DNA from: Burkholderiales bacterium
GTDB lineage: Bacteria; Pseudomonadota; Gammaproteobacteria; Burkholderiales; Burkholderiaceae_C
Length of the DNA stretch: 54,969 nucleotides
NCBI GenBank assembly: GCA_031359905.1
Contig: JANMAP010000145.1
Coordinates: 1-54,969, forward strand
Reading direction: 5' to 3'
In this document: positions 1-12,682 of the stretch, one piece after another
How positions within the stretch are numbered: the first letter of the stretch is position 1
How the letters are laid out: each line of letters begins with the position of its first letter
Made by a program: the position numbers and the translations under genes
The notes under the pieces: generated by a model
Told to the model about the DNA's origin: nothing
Seen by the model: only the letters and a program-made list of their open reading frames with translations
The model's database searches: none

Positions 1-683
<683 letters not shown>

Positions 684-941
684 TCAGGCCGGCGTGACGA
701 ACACGGTCTGACGGTTCTTCGCGCCCTTGATGTCAAACGAAACCGCGCCGTCGGTCAGCGCGAACAAGGTGTGATCTTTGCCGATGCCGACATTGGTGCC
801 CGGATGGAACTTGGTGCCGCGCTGGCGCACGATGATCGAGCCGGCTGTCACCTGCTGGCCACCGAAGACCTTGACGCCGAGCATCTTGGGCTGCGAATCG
901 CGGCCGTTGCGGGTGGAGCCGCCACCTTTTTTCTGTGCCAT
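684..941 (-). CDS. rpmA: 50S ribosomal protein L27
   Basis: [16 protein letters not shown]...IIVRQRGT, 85 aa. Confidence 0.99.
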   Translation of the reverse strand: MAQKKGGGSTRNGRDSQPKMLGVKVFGGQQVTAGSIIVRQRGTKFHPGTNVGIGKDHTLFALTDGAVSFDIKGAKNRQTVFVTPA

Positions 942-963
942 GGTTCAGTTCTCCTCGAGTCGC

Positions 964-1278
964 TCAGGCGACGACCAACGAGCCGATCTGCAGCTCGGTG
1001 AATTGCTGGCGGTGTCCGCCGTGCTTCTGGTAGTGCTTGCGCCGGCGCATCTTGAAGATGCGCACCTTGTCGTGCTTGCCATGAGCCAACACCGTGGCCG
1101 TGACGCTCGCACCCGCGACCCAGGGAGACCCGATCTTCAGATCCGCGCCGCTGCCGACGGCCAGTACCTGATCGATCACGATTTCCTGGCCCACGTCCGC
1201 AGCAATCTGTTCGACCTTGATCTTTTCGCCGGATGCAACCTTGTATTGCTTGCCACCGGTTTTGATGACCGCGTACAT
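964..1278 (-). CDS. rplU: 50S ribosomal protein L21
   Basis: [14 protein letters not shown]...[16 protein letters not shown]. Start trimmed to MYAV. Confidence 0.99.
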   Translation of the reverse strand: MYAVIKTGGKQYKVASGEKIKVEQIAADVGQEIVIDQVLAVGSGADLKIGSPWVAGASVTATVLAHGKHDKVRIFKMRRRKHYQKHGGHRQQFTELQIGSLVVA

Positions 1279-1365
1279 GTGAGACCTTTCAAACGATGTC
1301 TGCGTGCTCGAAACCGCTGTGAGCGGCCGCCCGGTGATCCAGGTCAGTGCGATGCAGAGCCTTTG

Positions 1366-1374
1366 AGTATAGCA
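1366..1374 (-). promoter_or_regulatory. Putative extended -10 promoter of rplU
   Basis: The minus strand reads TGcTATACT about 90 nt upstream of rplU. A second TATACT at 1488-1493 (+) precedes ispB. Confidence 0.4.
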
Positions 1375-1511
1375 TTTTGAGACGGGGGCAGAGGTGGAGC
1401 GTTGGGTATCGACTCCGACGACGCCCGCGGCGCCATGCTTCGGCGCACGGGCCAGATTCGCTCGCAACGACAGCCAGCGGACGTTTCTATACTCGAGACT
1501 CAATCCGATCG

Positions 1512-2504
1512 ATGCCCGCTGTGCTCGGCACTCCCGCTCCCACCACGCCCGCCCTGGATCCGCTCGAGCCCGCCATGGGTCGGGTCGACGATGTCATTCG
1601 TGACCGCCTGAAGTCGCGGGTCGTGCTGATCGATCAAATCTCGCACTACATCATCGGCGCCGGCGGCAAGCGCATCCGGCCGCGGCTGGTGCTGCTGTTT
1701 TCGCAGGCCCTGGGCTTCGACGGCCCGGAACGCTATGAACTGGCGGCCATCGTCGAATTCATCCACACCGCAACCCTGCTGCACGATGACGTGGTCGACG
1801 AATCGGGAATGCGCCGCGGGCGGGCGACCGCCAATTCGATGTTCGGCAATGCCGCCAGCGTGCTGGTCGGGGACTTCTTGTATTCCCGGGCCTTCCAGAT
1901 GATGGTGGCGATCAACCGCATGCGGGTGCTGGACGTGCTTGCCGACGCCACCAACGTCATCGCCGAGGGCGAGGTCCTGCAGCTGATGAACATGCACGAT
2001 CCCGACATCGCGGTCGATGACTACCTGCGCGTGATCCGCTACAAGACCGCCAAGCTCTTCGAGGCCAGTGCCCGGCTGGGCGCGGTGCTCGGGCAGGCCG
2101 ACCCCAAGCTGGAGGACGCCTGCGCGGGCTACGGACGCGCCTTGGGCACCGCGTTCCAACTGGTCGACGACCTGCTTGATTACGAAGGCAACAGCGACGC
2201 CCTGGGCAAGAACGTCGGCGACGATCTTCGCGAAGGGAAGCCGACCTTGCCGCTGCTGCTGGCCATGGAACGCGGCACCAATGCCGAGCGCAGCTTGATC
2301 CGCCAGGCGATCCAGGACGGCAACATCCTGGCCTTGCCCGATATCCTGGCCATCGTGCGCCGGACCGGTGCGCTCGAAGCCACGCGCGCGGCGGCGTCGA
2401 AGGAAGCTGAGATCGCCCGCGGTTGTCTGGTGACGCTGCCACATTCGCAGGCTCGCGAGGCTCTGCTAGACTTATCGGTTCGGGCTGTCGATCGATCTTA
2501 CTGA
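1512..2504 (+). CDS. ispB: Octaprenyl/polyprenyl diphosphate synthase
   Basis: [15 protein letters not shown] and FQLVDDLLD motifs; divergent from rplU. Start uncertain. Confidence 0.95.
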   Translation: MPAVLGTPAPTTPALDPLEPAMGRVDDVIRDRLKSRVVLIDQISHYIIGAGGKRIRPRLVLLFSQALGFDGPERYELAAIVEFIHTATLLHDDVVDESGMRRGRATANSMFGNAASVLVGDFLYSRAFQMMVAINRMRVLDVLADATNVIAEGEVLQLMNMHDPDIAVDDYLRVIRYKTAKLFEASARLGAVLGQADPKLEDACAGYGRALGTAFQLVDDLLDYEGNSDALGKNVGDDLREGKPTLPLLLAMERGTNAERSLIRQAIQDGNILALPDILAIVRRTGALEATRAAASKEAEIARGCLVTLPHSQAREALLDLSVRAVDRSY

Positions 2505-2562
2505 GTTTGTGTTGGCTGCCAGTGCACCGACCCGCATTCACTGGCGTGGTTCGGTGTCTAAA

Positions 2563-2639
2563 CGGGGTGTAGCTTAGCCTGGTAGAGCGCTACGTTCGGG
2601 ACGTAGAGGCCGGAGGTTCGAATCCTCTCACCCCGACCA
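2563..2639 (+). tRNA. tRNA-Pro (anticodon CGG)
   Basis: 77-nt cloverleaf with acceptor stem CGGGGTG/CACCCCG, anticodon arm CTACG-TTCGGGA-CGTAG, T-loop GGTTCGAATCC and encoded CCA. Confidence 0.97.
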
Positions 2640-2799
2640 CCAAGTCTTGCGCCGACAGCGCGCTGCATCGCCCGCCGGTCACACTGCCTCTCGGTGTAAC
2701 CAAGAGTCTGCAAGGCCAACGGCCGGCATTTCTCGCGTTTACACCCCAGCGCCCATCGGCGATCATCGATCGGGTATGAAGCGCCCCCACTGACGCGCC

Positions 2800-4527
2800 A
2801 TGGCCGTCGACACATTGCTCGATCCTCCGCAATCCGCGCTCACTGGCGTGGCACGCGTGCTCGTCAATGCCGGCAAGCTGACGGCGCGCAGCGCCGAAGA
2901 GCTGACCAAGACGGCCCGAGACCGCAAAAGCAGCTTTGTGGCCGCTGTGGTCTCGGCGGGTGCCATCAAGGCCGACGATCTGGCCCATGCCTTGTCCACC
3001 GCGCTGGCTCTGCCGCTGCTCGACCTCAACGCCGTCGACCTGCAGAAGCTGCCGAAGAACCTGGTCGACATCAAGATCGCCAGCCAGTATCAGCTGCTGG
3101 CCTTGGGCAAGCGGGGCAACCGCCTGTTCATCGGCGCGGCCGATCCGACCGACCAGGAAGCCGCCGAGCGCATCAAGTTCGCGACTCAACTGACGCCCGA
3201 ATGGGTCATCGTCGAGTACGACAAGCTGATGCGCCAGTTGGATGCGCAAAGCACGAGCGCGGCGGAAGCACTGGAAACGCTGACCAGCGGCGACTTCGAA
3301 TTCGACGTCACCGACGAGGACGCCGCGGCGGCGGCCGAATCCGCCGATGTGTCGGCCGACGTCGAGGACGCGCCGGTCGTTCGCTTCCTGCAAAAGATGC
3401 TGATCGACGCGATCAACATGCGCGCGTCCGACCTGCACTTCGAACCCTACGAATACAACTACCGGGTGCGCTTCCGCATCGACGGCGAGTTGCGCGAAAT
3501 CACCCAGCCGCCGGTGGCCATCAAGGACAAGCTGGCCTCGCGCATCAAGGTCATCTCGCGCATGGACATCGCGGAAAAGCGGGTGCCGCAGGACGGCCGG
3601 ATGAAGCTGAAGTTCGGCTCGAAGGCCATCGACTTCCGCGTCAGCACCCTGCCCACGCTGTTCGGCGAAAAGGTCGTGGTCCGGATCCTCGACCCGTCCA
3701 GCGCCAAGCTGGGCATCGAGGCCCTGGGCTACGAGAAGATCGAGAAAGACCGGCTGCTGCAGGCCATCGGCCGGCCGTACGGGATGATCCTGGTCACCGG
3801 GCCCACCGGCAGCGGCAAGACGGTGTCGCTGTACACCTGCCTGAACATCCTCAACCAGCCTGGCGTGAACATCGCCACGGTGGAGGACCCGGCGGAGATC
3901 AACCTGCCAGGCATCAACCAGGTCAACGTCAACGACCGCGCCGGGCTGACCTTCGCCGCCGCGCTGAAATCCTTCCTGCGCCAGGATCCCGACATCATCA
4001 TGGTCGGCGAGATCCGCGACCTCGACACCGCCGACATCGCCATCAAGGCCGCGCAGACCGGCCACCTGGTGATGAGCACGCTGCACACCAACGACGCACC
4101 GACGACGCTGACGCGCCTGCTGAACATGGGCGTCGCGCCGTTCAACATCGCTTCCAGCGTGCTGCTGATCACCGCCCAACGCCTGGCGCGCAAGCTCTGC
4201 GAAACCTGCAAGAAGCCCGCCGACTATCCGCGCGAATCGATGCTCAAGGCTGGGTTCAAGGCCGAGGACCTGGACGGCAACTGGAAGCCCTTCCGCGCCG
4301 TCGGCTGCTCGGCCTGCAACAACGGCTACAAAGGCCGGGTCGGCATCTACCAGGTGATGCCGATCACCGAGGCCATCCAGCGCATCATCCTCAGCGAAGG
4401 CACTGCGCTCGACATCGCCAAGCAGGCCCAGTCAGAAGGTGTGCGCGACCTGCGCCAGTCCGGGTTGATCAAGGTCCGCGCCGGGGTCACGACCCTCGAA
4501 GAAGTCATCACCGTCACCAACGAATAG
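2800..4527 (+). CDS. pilB: Type IV-A pilus assembly ATPase
   Basis: ASDLHFEP, PQDGR, Walker A GPTGSGKT, LRQDPD, STLHTN and two CxxC motifs. Confidence 0.97.
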   Translation: MAVDTLLDPPQSALTGVARVLVNAGKLTARSAEELTKTARDRKSSFVAAVVSAGAIKADDLAHALSTALALPLLDLNAVDLQKLPKNLVDIKIASQYQLLALGKRGNRLFIGAADPTDQEAAERIKFATQLTPEWVIVEYDKLMRQLDAQSTSAAEALETLTSGDFEFDVTDEDAAAAAESADVSADVEDAPVVRFLQKMLIDAINMRASDLHFEPYEYNYRVRFRIDGELREITQPPVAIKDKLASRIKVISRMDIAEKRVPQDGRMKLKFGSKAIDFRVSTLPTLFGEKVVVRILDPSSAKLGIEALGYEKIEKDRLLQAIGRPYGMILVTGPTGSGKTVSLYTCLNILNQPGVNIATVEDPAEINLPGINQVNVNDRAGLTFAAALKSFLRQDPDIIMVGEIRDLDTADIAIKAAQTGHLVMSTLHTNDAPTTLTRLLNMGVAPFNIASSVLLITAQRLARKLCETCKKPADYPRESMLKAGFKAEDLDGNWKPFRAVGCSACNNGYKGRVGIYQVMPITEAIQRIILSEGTALDIAKQAQSEGVRDLRQSGLIKVRAGVTTLEEVITVTNE

Positions 4528-4589
4528 CCGCCGGAGCACGGCCGCGCGCCGCGTTTCATTCGACCGTCTCCATCACGCCTTCGCATCCC

Positions 4590-5810
4590 ATGGCCACCGC
4601 AACGCTCGACAAACCCACCAAAGAGTCCGTCTTCGAGTGGGAAGGCAAGGACAAGAATGGCAAGCTGGTGCGCGGCGAGCTCCGCGCCGGAGGCGAGGCC
4701 GTGGTCAGTGCCAGCCTGCGCCGCCAGGGTGTGCTGGTCACCAAGGTGCGCAAGCGCCGCACCAGTGGCGGCCGGGCGATCAAGCAAAAGGACATCGCCA
4801 TCTTCACGCGCCAGCTGGCGACGATGATGAAGGCCGGCGTGCCGCTGCTGCAGTCGTTCGACATCGTCGCCCGCGGCAGCACCAACCCGCGGTTGACCTA
4901 GCTGCTGACCGACATCCTCTACGACGTCGAGACCGGCACGAGCCTGAGTTCGGCCTTCCGCAAGCACCCGCTGCACTTTGATTCGCTGTACTGCAATCTG
5001 GTCGAAGCCGGCGAAGCCGGCGGCATCCTGGAAGCCCTGCTCGACCGCCTGGCGATCTACCAGGAAAAGACCATGGCCATCAAGAGCAAGATCAAGTCGG
5101 CGCTGATGTATCCGATCGCGGTCGTTGTCGTCGCTTTCGTCGTGCTCACGGTGATCATGCTGTTCGTCATCCCGGCCTTCGAGGAGGTGTTCAAGTCCTT
5201 CGGTGCCGACCTGCCGGCGCCGACGCTGGTGGTGATCTGGCTGTCCAAGTTCTTCGTGACCTGGTGGTGGGCGATCTTTGGTCTGATCGGCGGCGGCGGC
5301 TATTTCTTCTTCGAAAGCTGGAAGCGCAGCGAGAAGATGCAGATGACGATGGACCGCATCCTGCTCAAGATCCCGGTCTTCGGGGACCTGATCAACAAGG
5401 CGGTGATCGCCCGCTGGACACGCACGCTGTCGACCATGTTCGCGGCCGGCGTGCCGCTGGTCGAGGCGCTCGATTCGGTCGGCGGCGCCTCGGGCAACGC
5501 GGTCTACGCCCTGGCCACCGAACAGATCCAGAGGGACGTGTCCACCGGCTCGGCGCTGACGACGTCGATGACCGCCACTGGCGTCTTCCCGACGATGGTG
5601 CTGCAGATGGCCGCCATCGGCGAGGAATCGGGATCGCTGGACCACATGCTGGCCAAGGCCGCCGAGTTCTACGAGGACGAGGTCGATGAAATGGTCAAGG
5701 GCCTGTCCAGCCTGATGGAGCCTTTCATCATCGTCATCCTGGGCACCTTGATCGGCGGCATCGTGGTGTCGATGTACCTGCCGATCTTCAAGCTCGGCGC
5801 CGTGGTCTGA
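4590..5810 (+). pseudogene. pilC: Type IV pilus platform protein PilC interrupted by one in-frame TAG (4899-4901); true nonsense allele or sequence error
   Basis: One 406-codon frame (FEWEGKDK...FTRQLATMMKAGVPL...GEAGG...GEESGSLD...MYLPIFKLG) whose only defect is the TAG. Confidence 0.85.
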
Positions 5811-6745
5811 TGTTTGACGCTGCGACGACGGCGGCACTGCTGTCGCCGTTCGGCCTGGGCGTGCTCGGGCTGCTGCTGGGCAGCTTCCTCAACGTCGTCG
5901 TGCATCGCCTGCCGGCGATGTTGTGGCGCGAATGGTGGAAGGACTCGGTCGACTTCCAGCTTGCCGATGTCCTGGCCTGGCAGCCGCTGTTCGGTCGCGG
6001 CTCGCAGCCGCCGGCGCAACTGGCCGCTGCGGCCGCTGCGGTGGACGGCGAACTGCAGAAGCTGCCGGTCGAAACCCTGCTGCGTCCCGCCTCTCGCTGC
6101 CCGCACTGCGGCCATGTGCTGCGCTGGTACGAGAACATCCCGGTGTTCAGCTGGCTGGCCCTGCGCGGCCGCTGTTCGTCGTGCAAGTCGAGGATCTCTT
6201 TGCGCTATCCGCTCGTCGAACTGGCCTGTGCGGGCCTGTTTGCCGCTGCGGCAGCGCAATTCGGTGCCCAGCCGCCAACCTTGCTGTGGTGCCTGGCGAT
6301 CTGGCTGCTGTTGTGCATGGCGCTGATCGACTTCGACACCACCTTGTTGCCCGACGGCCTGACGCTGCCGTTGATCGGGCTGGGTCTGGTCGGCGCCCTG
6401 GCCGGGTGGACCGGCACCCCGCCTGCCGATGCGGCTGCCGGCGCGGTGGCCGGCTACGGCGTGCTGTGGGGCGTGGGCTTCGTTTACGGCCGACTGCGTG
6501 GCGTCAATGCGATGGCCGAAGGCGACATGAAGATGCTGGCCGGCATCGGCGCGCTACTCGGCTGGCAGGCGCTGCCGTCGGCGCTGATGATGGCCGCCGG
6601 CGTCGGCGCCGTCGTCGGCATCGTGATGGTCGCTGGCTTCGGCCGCGCCCGCAGCCAGCCCATTCCCTTCGGCCCATACCTCGCGCTGGGCGGCCTGAGC
6701 TCGATTTTCTTCGGGCCGGCATTGCGCACGCTGTGGCAGCTCTAG
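5810..6745 (+). CDS. pilD: Prepilin peptidase / N-methyltransferase
   Basis: GSFLNVV, SRCPHC, ENIP, GRCSSC, RYPLVE, ID...LLPD, GDMK, PFGPYL. Confidence 0.96.
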   Translation: MFDAATTAALLSPFGLGVLGLLLGSFLNVVVHRLPAMLWREWWKDSVDFQLADVLAWQPLFGRGSQPPAQLAAAAAAVDGELQKLPVETLLRPASRCPHCGHVLRWYENIPVFSWLALRGRCSSCKSRISLRYPLVELACAGLFAAAAAQFGAQPPTLLWCLAIWLLLCMALIDFDTTLLPDGLTLPLIGLGLVGALAGWTGTPPADAAAGAVAGYGVLWGVGFVYGRLRGVNAMAEGDMKMLAGIGALLGWQALPSALMMAAGVGAVVGIVMVAGFGRARSQPIPFGPYLALGGLSSIFFGPALRTLWQL

Positions 6746-6756
6746 CGCGCCAGCCG

Positions 6757-7371
6757 GTGCGCGGCATCGGCCTGACCGGCGGCATCGGCAGCGGCAAGAG
6801 CACGGTCGCGCGGATCCTGCAGGACTGCGGCGGCGCACTCGTCGACACCGACGCCATCGCCCGCGCGCTGACGCAGCCCGGCGGCGCCGCCATGCCCGCC
6901 ATCGCCGCGGGCTTCGGCCCGGCGCTGCTGGCCGCCGACGGCGGGCTGGATCGCGACGCCATGCGCCGGTTGGCATTCAGCGACCCCGCGGCAAGAGCGC
7001 GACTGGAGGCCATCCTGCACCCCTTGATCGGCGACGCGGCAATGGCGCAGGCCGCGGCCACCAGCGCCGGCCGGATCATCGTTTTCGACGTGCCGTTGCT
7101 GACCGAATCCAGCCACTGGCGCGACCGTGTCGACCGCGTGCTGGTCGTCGATTGCCGCGAAGCCACCCAGGCCGAGCGGGTCGCGCAGCGCACTGGTTGG
7201 ACGCGGCAGTCAGCGCTGCTGGTGATCGAACAGCAGGCCGGGCGCGCACGCCGGCGCGCGGTGGCCGACGCGGTCATCTACAACGACGGCATCACTCCCG
7301 ACCAGTTGCGCGCAGAGGTGCTGGCGTTGTGGCGCCACTGGGCCTGCATCGCGGCCCGCGTCGCGGCCTGA
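6757..7371 (+). CDS. coaE: Dephospho-CoA kinase
   Basis: [25 protein letters not shown]; follows pilD. GTG start inferred. Confidence 0.95.
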   Translation: MRGIGLTGGIGSGKSTVARILQDCGGALVDTDAIARALTQPGGAAMPAIAAGFGPALLAADGGLDRDAMRRLAFSDPAARARLEAILHPLIGDAAMAQAAATSAGRIIVFDVPLLTESSHWRDRVDRVLVVDCREATQAERVAQRTGWTRQSALLVIEQQAGRARRRAVADAVIYNDGITPDQLRAEVLALWRHWACIAARVAA

Positions 7372-7478
7372 AGCGCGCGCTGAAACAGCGCGTCACGCCC
7401 GACGGGGCGACCGGTGGCTGTGGAACAATTCACGGCCACGTCGATCCGACCCGGCCCCCACGCAGCGAGCCTCACGCC

Positions 7479-8231
7479 TTGGTCCTGTACGAATACCCGT
7501 TCAACGAAGGCATCCGCACGATGCTGCGGCTCGAACACCTGTTCGATCGCCTGGGGCAGTTGGTCGTGCGCGAGACCCCGGTCGATCATCACTTCGCGCT
7601 GGTCACCATCTTCGAAATCATGGACGTGGCGTCGCGCGCCGACCTGAAGAGCGATCTGCTCTAGGAACTCGAACGCCACCGCGCGCAACTGCAGGGTTAC
7701 CGCGGCAACCCGAACATTTCCGAAGCCGCGCTGGACGAGGTCACGGCGCGCATCGATCACGCCTTCCACGGCCTGAACCAGTTGCAGGGCAAGGCCGGGC
7801 AGACGCTGTCGGCCAACGATTGGCTGATGAGCATCCGCAGCCGCATCAACATTCCCGGCGGGACCTGCGAATTCGACCTGCCGGCTTACTATGCTTGGCA
7901 GCAGCATGACCCGGCGTCGCGCCAAAGCGACCTGCAAGGCTGGATGGCCAGCCTGACGCCATTGGCCGAGGCTCTGCATGTGTTGCTGGGCCTCTTGCGC
8001 GACAGCGGCACGCCGCAGCGCATGGTGGCCCCGGGTGGGACGTACCAGCAAAGCCTGCCGCCCGGCAAGCTGTACCACTTGTTGCGTGTTCGCATGGCCG
8101 ACGACGCGCTGGTCCCCGAAATCAGCGGCCACCGTCTGCTGGTGTCGATCCGCTTCATGAAGCCCGACCCCGAAGGCCGGCTGCGCTCGGCTGGGCAGGA
8201 CGCCAGCTTCGAGCTGGCCTTGTGTTCCTAG
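7479..8231 (+). pseudogene. zapD: Cell division protein ZapD interrupted by one in-frame TAG (7662-7664); true nonsense allele or sequence error
   Basis: 250-codon frame from TTG: [17 protein letters not shown]...IPGGTCEFDLP...PEISGHR. It sits in the conserved coaE-zapD-yacG order. Confidence 0.85.
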
Positions 8232-8260
8232 GACATCGACTCGGCACCTTCGCTGCGCGC

Positions 8261-8476
8261 ATGAAGGATCCCGATCCCGGCGGCAACCAGGACACCGCGC
8301 GCCGCGTGCCCTGCCCGACCTGCCGCGGGCCGGCGCTGTACAGCCCCGCCAACCGCTGGCGGCCGTTCTGCAGCGAACGCTGCCGCGAGCACGACCTGGG
8401 TGCCTGGGCCAGCGAACGCTTCCGCGTGGCCGCCGACGCCCCGCCCGACGACGACGGCAACGAACCGCGGCACTGA
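8261..8476 (+). CDS. yacG: DNA gyrase inhibitor YacG
   Basis: CPTC...RPFCSERC...DLGAWA zinc-binding motif. Confidence 0.93.
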   Translation: MKDPDPGGNQDTARRVPCPTCRGPALYSPANRWRPFCSERCREHDLGAWASERFRVAADAPPDDDGNEPRH

Positions 8477-8521
8477 CGCAACCATGTCGATGGCGCCCCC
8501 ATTGCGAGGCGGCCGATGCGG

Positions 8522-9328
8522 TCACGCCGCCGGCGTCCAGTCCAGCATGACCTCGACCAGCGACTGCAGCAGTGCGCGCGCCGGCTCGGCCCGCGCCGCG
8601 TCCCAGCGCGCCGGCGCATCCGGGTCGAGATAACAAGACCAGCACATCTCCATCTGCACCGCATGCACCTGTTCGGCGGGCCGACCGAAGTGGCGCGTGA
8701 TGTGACCGCCCTTGAAACGGCCGTCGACGACATGGTTGAAGCGCGTCTGCGCCGCCAGCACGCCGGCCAGCGATCGCCTGAGCGCGGGCGCACAGCTGGC
8801 GCCATCGGCTGTGCCGAGGTTGAGCTCGGGCAGGCGGCCAACGAACAGCCAGGGTAATTCGTCGCGGATGCTGTGGCCGTCGATCAGCACGGCGTGACCG
8901 TGCGCGGCACGCAGCCGGGCCAGCTCGTCGGCCAGCGCGTCGTGGTATGGCTGCCAATAGGTTGCGACACGTCGGCGGACCTCGTCGTCGCCCGGAAGCT
9001 GTCCGGCGCGGTACAGCGGCTCGCCGGTGAAGAAGGTGGTCGGGCACAGGCCGGTGTTGTTGGCGCCGGGGTACATCGGCGCGTTGTCGCTGGGCCGGTT
9101 GAGGTCGATGACGTAGCGGCTGCAGCGCGGCACCAGCAGGCTGGCGCCGAGCCCGCGGACGAAATCGTAGAGACGGTCGAGGTGCCAGTCGGTGTCCTCG
9201 ACGGCCAGCGCGCGCGGCACCAGACGGACGGTCAGTTCCGGGGGCAACGCGCGGCCTGCGTGCGGCACGCTGACCAGCAGCGGCCGGGTGCCGCGGTGCA
9301 GGGTGAAGACCGGATCGATGGCGCTCAT
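8522..9328 (-). CDS. hutG: N-formylglutamate deformylase/amidohydrolase
   Basis: PLLVSVPHAG, DTDWH, SRYVIDLNR, YWQPYH, DGHSI, GRFKGG, HAVQME. Confidence 0.92.
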   Translation of the reverse strand: MSAIDPVFTLHRGTRPLLVSVPHAGRALPPELTVRLVPRALAVEDTDWHLDRLYDFVRGLGASLLVPRCSRYVIDLNRPSDNAPMYPGANNTGLCPTTFFTGEPLYRAGQLPGDDEVRRRVATYWQPYHDALADELARLRAAHGHAVLIDGHSIRDELPWLFVGRLPELNLGTADGASCAPALRRSLAGVLAAQTRFNHVVDGRFKGGHITRHFGRPAEQVHAVQMEMCWSCYLDPDAPARWDAARAEPARALLQSLVEVMLDWTPAA

Positions 9329-9391
9329 CGTCGGTATTCTGGGCGCTCGCGCCCTCCCTGCAAGCCAGCCGTCGCCGCAGGGCGCGGCGCT

Positions 9392-10105
9392 TCAGGGCGC
9401 CGTCGTGCTGCCGCGGCGGCGCATCCAGCCCATCAGCCCCAGCCCGGCCAGCAACAAGGCGGCCGACTGCGGCTCGGGAACTGCGCCCGGCGCCATCTCG
9501 GCCGACGCGGTTGTGACGGTGGGACCGTCAAGCAGCCAGATCGAGTTGCCGTTGGTGCGGCCGTTGACATGCAACGCGGCGAACGGGTTGAGGAATTCCG
9601 CCGCGCCGAATTGGGCAACCGAGGTGCCGCCGATGAACCAGGTTGATGTCTTGCCGTTCCCGAAGGGGTTGGTGCCCGAGGTGTCGAAGGCCGTGCCGTT
9701 GTCGGTCCAATTGAACTTGATGCCGCCGACGCTCTTGCCGTCCCCGTTGGTGTAGGTCATCACATCCACCACCACGTCGCCGCGAAAGGCTGCGTAAGCG
9801 CTTGCCGAAAAATTGTTGAATGTGCCGTTCGGACCGTTGAACGCCAGATCCGATATCTTGCTGCCAGCGGAGAAGATGCCGTCGCTGAGCGTGGCCTCGA
9901 GCGTGAACAACACGCCGCTGCCGAGGCCGTTGACGGTCCGGTCGTCCAGCGTCAGGGTCGCGGCGGACTGGTAGGAGTTCGTCGAATCCCGGTCGTCCGT
10001 GAAGTGAAAGGAAACGGGCGCTGCCGTTGCGCTGCCGCAAAGGCAGGCGGCGGCCAGCAGGGCCTGGAAGGCGCCGATGAGGGTGGGTTTCGATGGGGAG
10101 GTCAT
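9392..10105 (-). CDS. PEP-CTERM sorting domain protein
   Basis: N-terminal signal peptide and C-terminal VPEPQSAALLLAGLGLMGWMRRR (VPEP, TM helix, basic tail). Confidence 0.9.
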   Translation of the reverse strand: MTSPSKPTLIGAFQALLAAACLCGSATAAPVSFHFTDDRDSTNSYQSAATLTLDDRTVNGLGSGVLFTLEATLSDGIFSAGSKISDLAFNGPNGTFNNFSASAYAAFRGDVVVDVMTYTNGDGKSVGGIKFNWTDNGTAFDTSGTNPFGNGKTSTWFIGGTSVAQFGAAEFLNPFAALHVNGRTNGNSIWLLDGPTVTTASAEMAPGAVPEPQSAALLLAGLGLMGWMRRRGSTTAP

Positions 10106-10362
10106 GATGCGGACAAGGCTCTTCAGTCAATGCAGATGTATCGACATGTGTCTCTGCGGTGAGCGAAGTGTCCGCGAGCGGGGCGTGCGCAGGGTCCCGC
10201 GTGCACCCCTGAGGCCCGGGGGTTGCCACCAATTCCCGGTATCAAGCGTGCATTAAGTCGTCGATCGACCCAGCGATCGTGGCGTCAGAGCTGCATGGCC
10301 GGTCCGATCGAGCCTCCGGTTCACGGGACCCATCGCCGTGCCCGGGCGGATTGCTGCGGTGC

Positions 10363-10390
10363 TTGCGCTGTCATGATCGGCCCCTATAAT
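10363..10390 (+). promoter_or_regulatory. Putative groESL promoter
   Basis: TTGCGC-N16-TATAAT directly before CIRCE; CTTG...CCCCTAT also resembles a sigma32 site. Confidence 0.55.
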
Positions 10391-10397
10391 TCACTTG

Positions 10398-10424
10398 CTA
10401 GCACTCACCGCCGGCGAGTGCTAA
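10398..10424 (+). promoter_or_regulatory. CIRCE element (HrcA operator)
   Basis: cTAGCACTC-N9-GAGTGCTAA, one mismatch to the TTAGCACTC-N9-GAGTGCTAA consensus, upstream of groES. Confidence 0.95.
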
Positions 10425-10528
10425 CGATCGACAGGTCGCTCACGTGGCCACCGATCCACCCAATGTGAATGGGCGCCAACTTGCTCGGCACCCCGCACAG
10501 ACACTGTTCAGTCACCAAGGAGATATCC

Positions 10529-10819
10529 ATGAAGCTTCGTCCTTTGCACGATCGCGTGATCGTCAAGCGCCTGGAACAAGAAACCAAGACCGCTTCCGGC
10601 ATCGTCATCCCCGACAACGCCGCCGAGAAGCCTGATCAAGGCGAAGTCCTGGCCGTCGGCCCGGGCAAGCGCAGCGAGAAGGGCGACTTCATCGCCCTGA
10701 ACATCAAGGTCGGTGACCGCGTGCTGTTCGGCAAGTACAGCGGCCAGACCGTCAAGGTCGACGGCGACGAACTGCTCGTGATGCGCGAAGAGGACCTCTT
10801 CGCCGTTGTCGAGAAGTAA
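10529..10819 (+). CDS. groES: Co-chaperonin GroES
   Basis: [12 protein letters not shown]...TASGIVIPD; AAGGAG RBS. Confidence 0.99.
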   Translation: MKLRPLHDRVIVKRLEQETKTASGIVIPDNAAEKPDQGEVLAVGPGKRSEKGDFIALNIKVGDRVLFGKYSGQTVKVDGDELLVMREEDLFAVVEK

Positions 10820-10876
10820 ATCTCGCCTGGCCGGGCGATCTGCTTCCGTCGCGGCCCGCTTGGTGCCGCCCGGTGA

Positions 10877-12580
<1,704 letters not shown>

Positions 12581-12631
12581 TTCCGCGCCCGGCCTGCGCC
12601 CCCTGCGGGGTGCAGAAATGCCGCAAACCCG

Positions 12632-12662
12632 AGGCCTGCATCGCAAGATGCAGGCCTTTTTC
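12632..12662 (+). terminator. Intrinsic terminator after groEL
   Basis: AGGCCTGCATC-gcaa-GATGCAGGCCT followed by a T run. Confidence 0.85.
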
Positions 12663-12682
12663 GTTTCTGGCAGCAGTCGCGG

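Noticed and set aside
2563-2800. tRNA-Pro as the attachment site of an integrated island
   Set aside because: There is no integrase and I saw no repeat of the tRNA 3' end. The ispB-tRNA-pilB order looks like core genome.
10214-10228. Sigma54 promoter for the PEP-CTERM gene (minus strand TGGCA, GG-N10-GC)
   Set aside because: The spacing fits, but the -12 element is GGGC rather than TTGC; too weak in GC-rich DNA.
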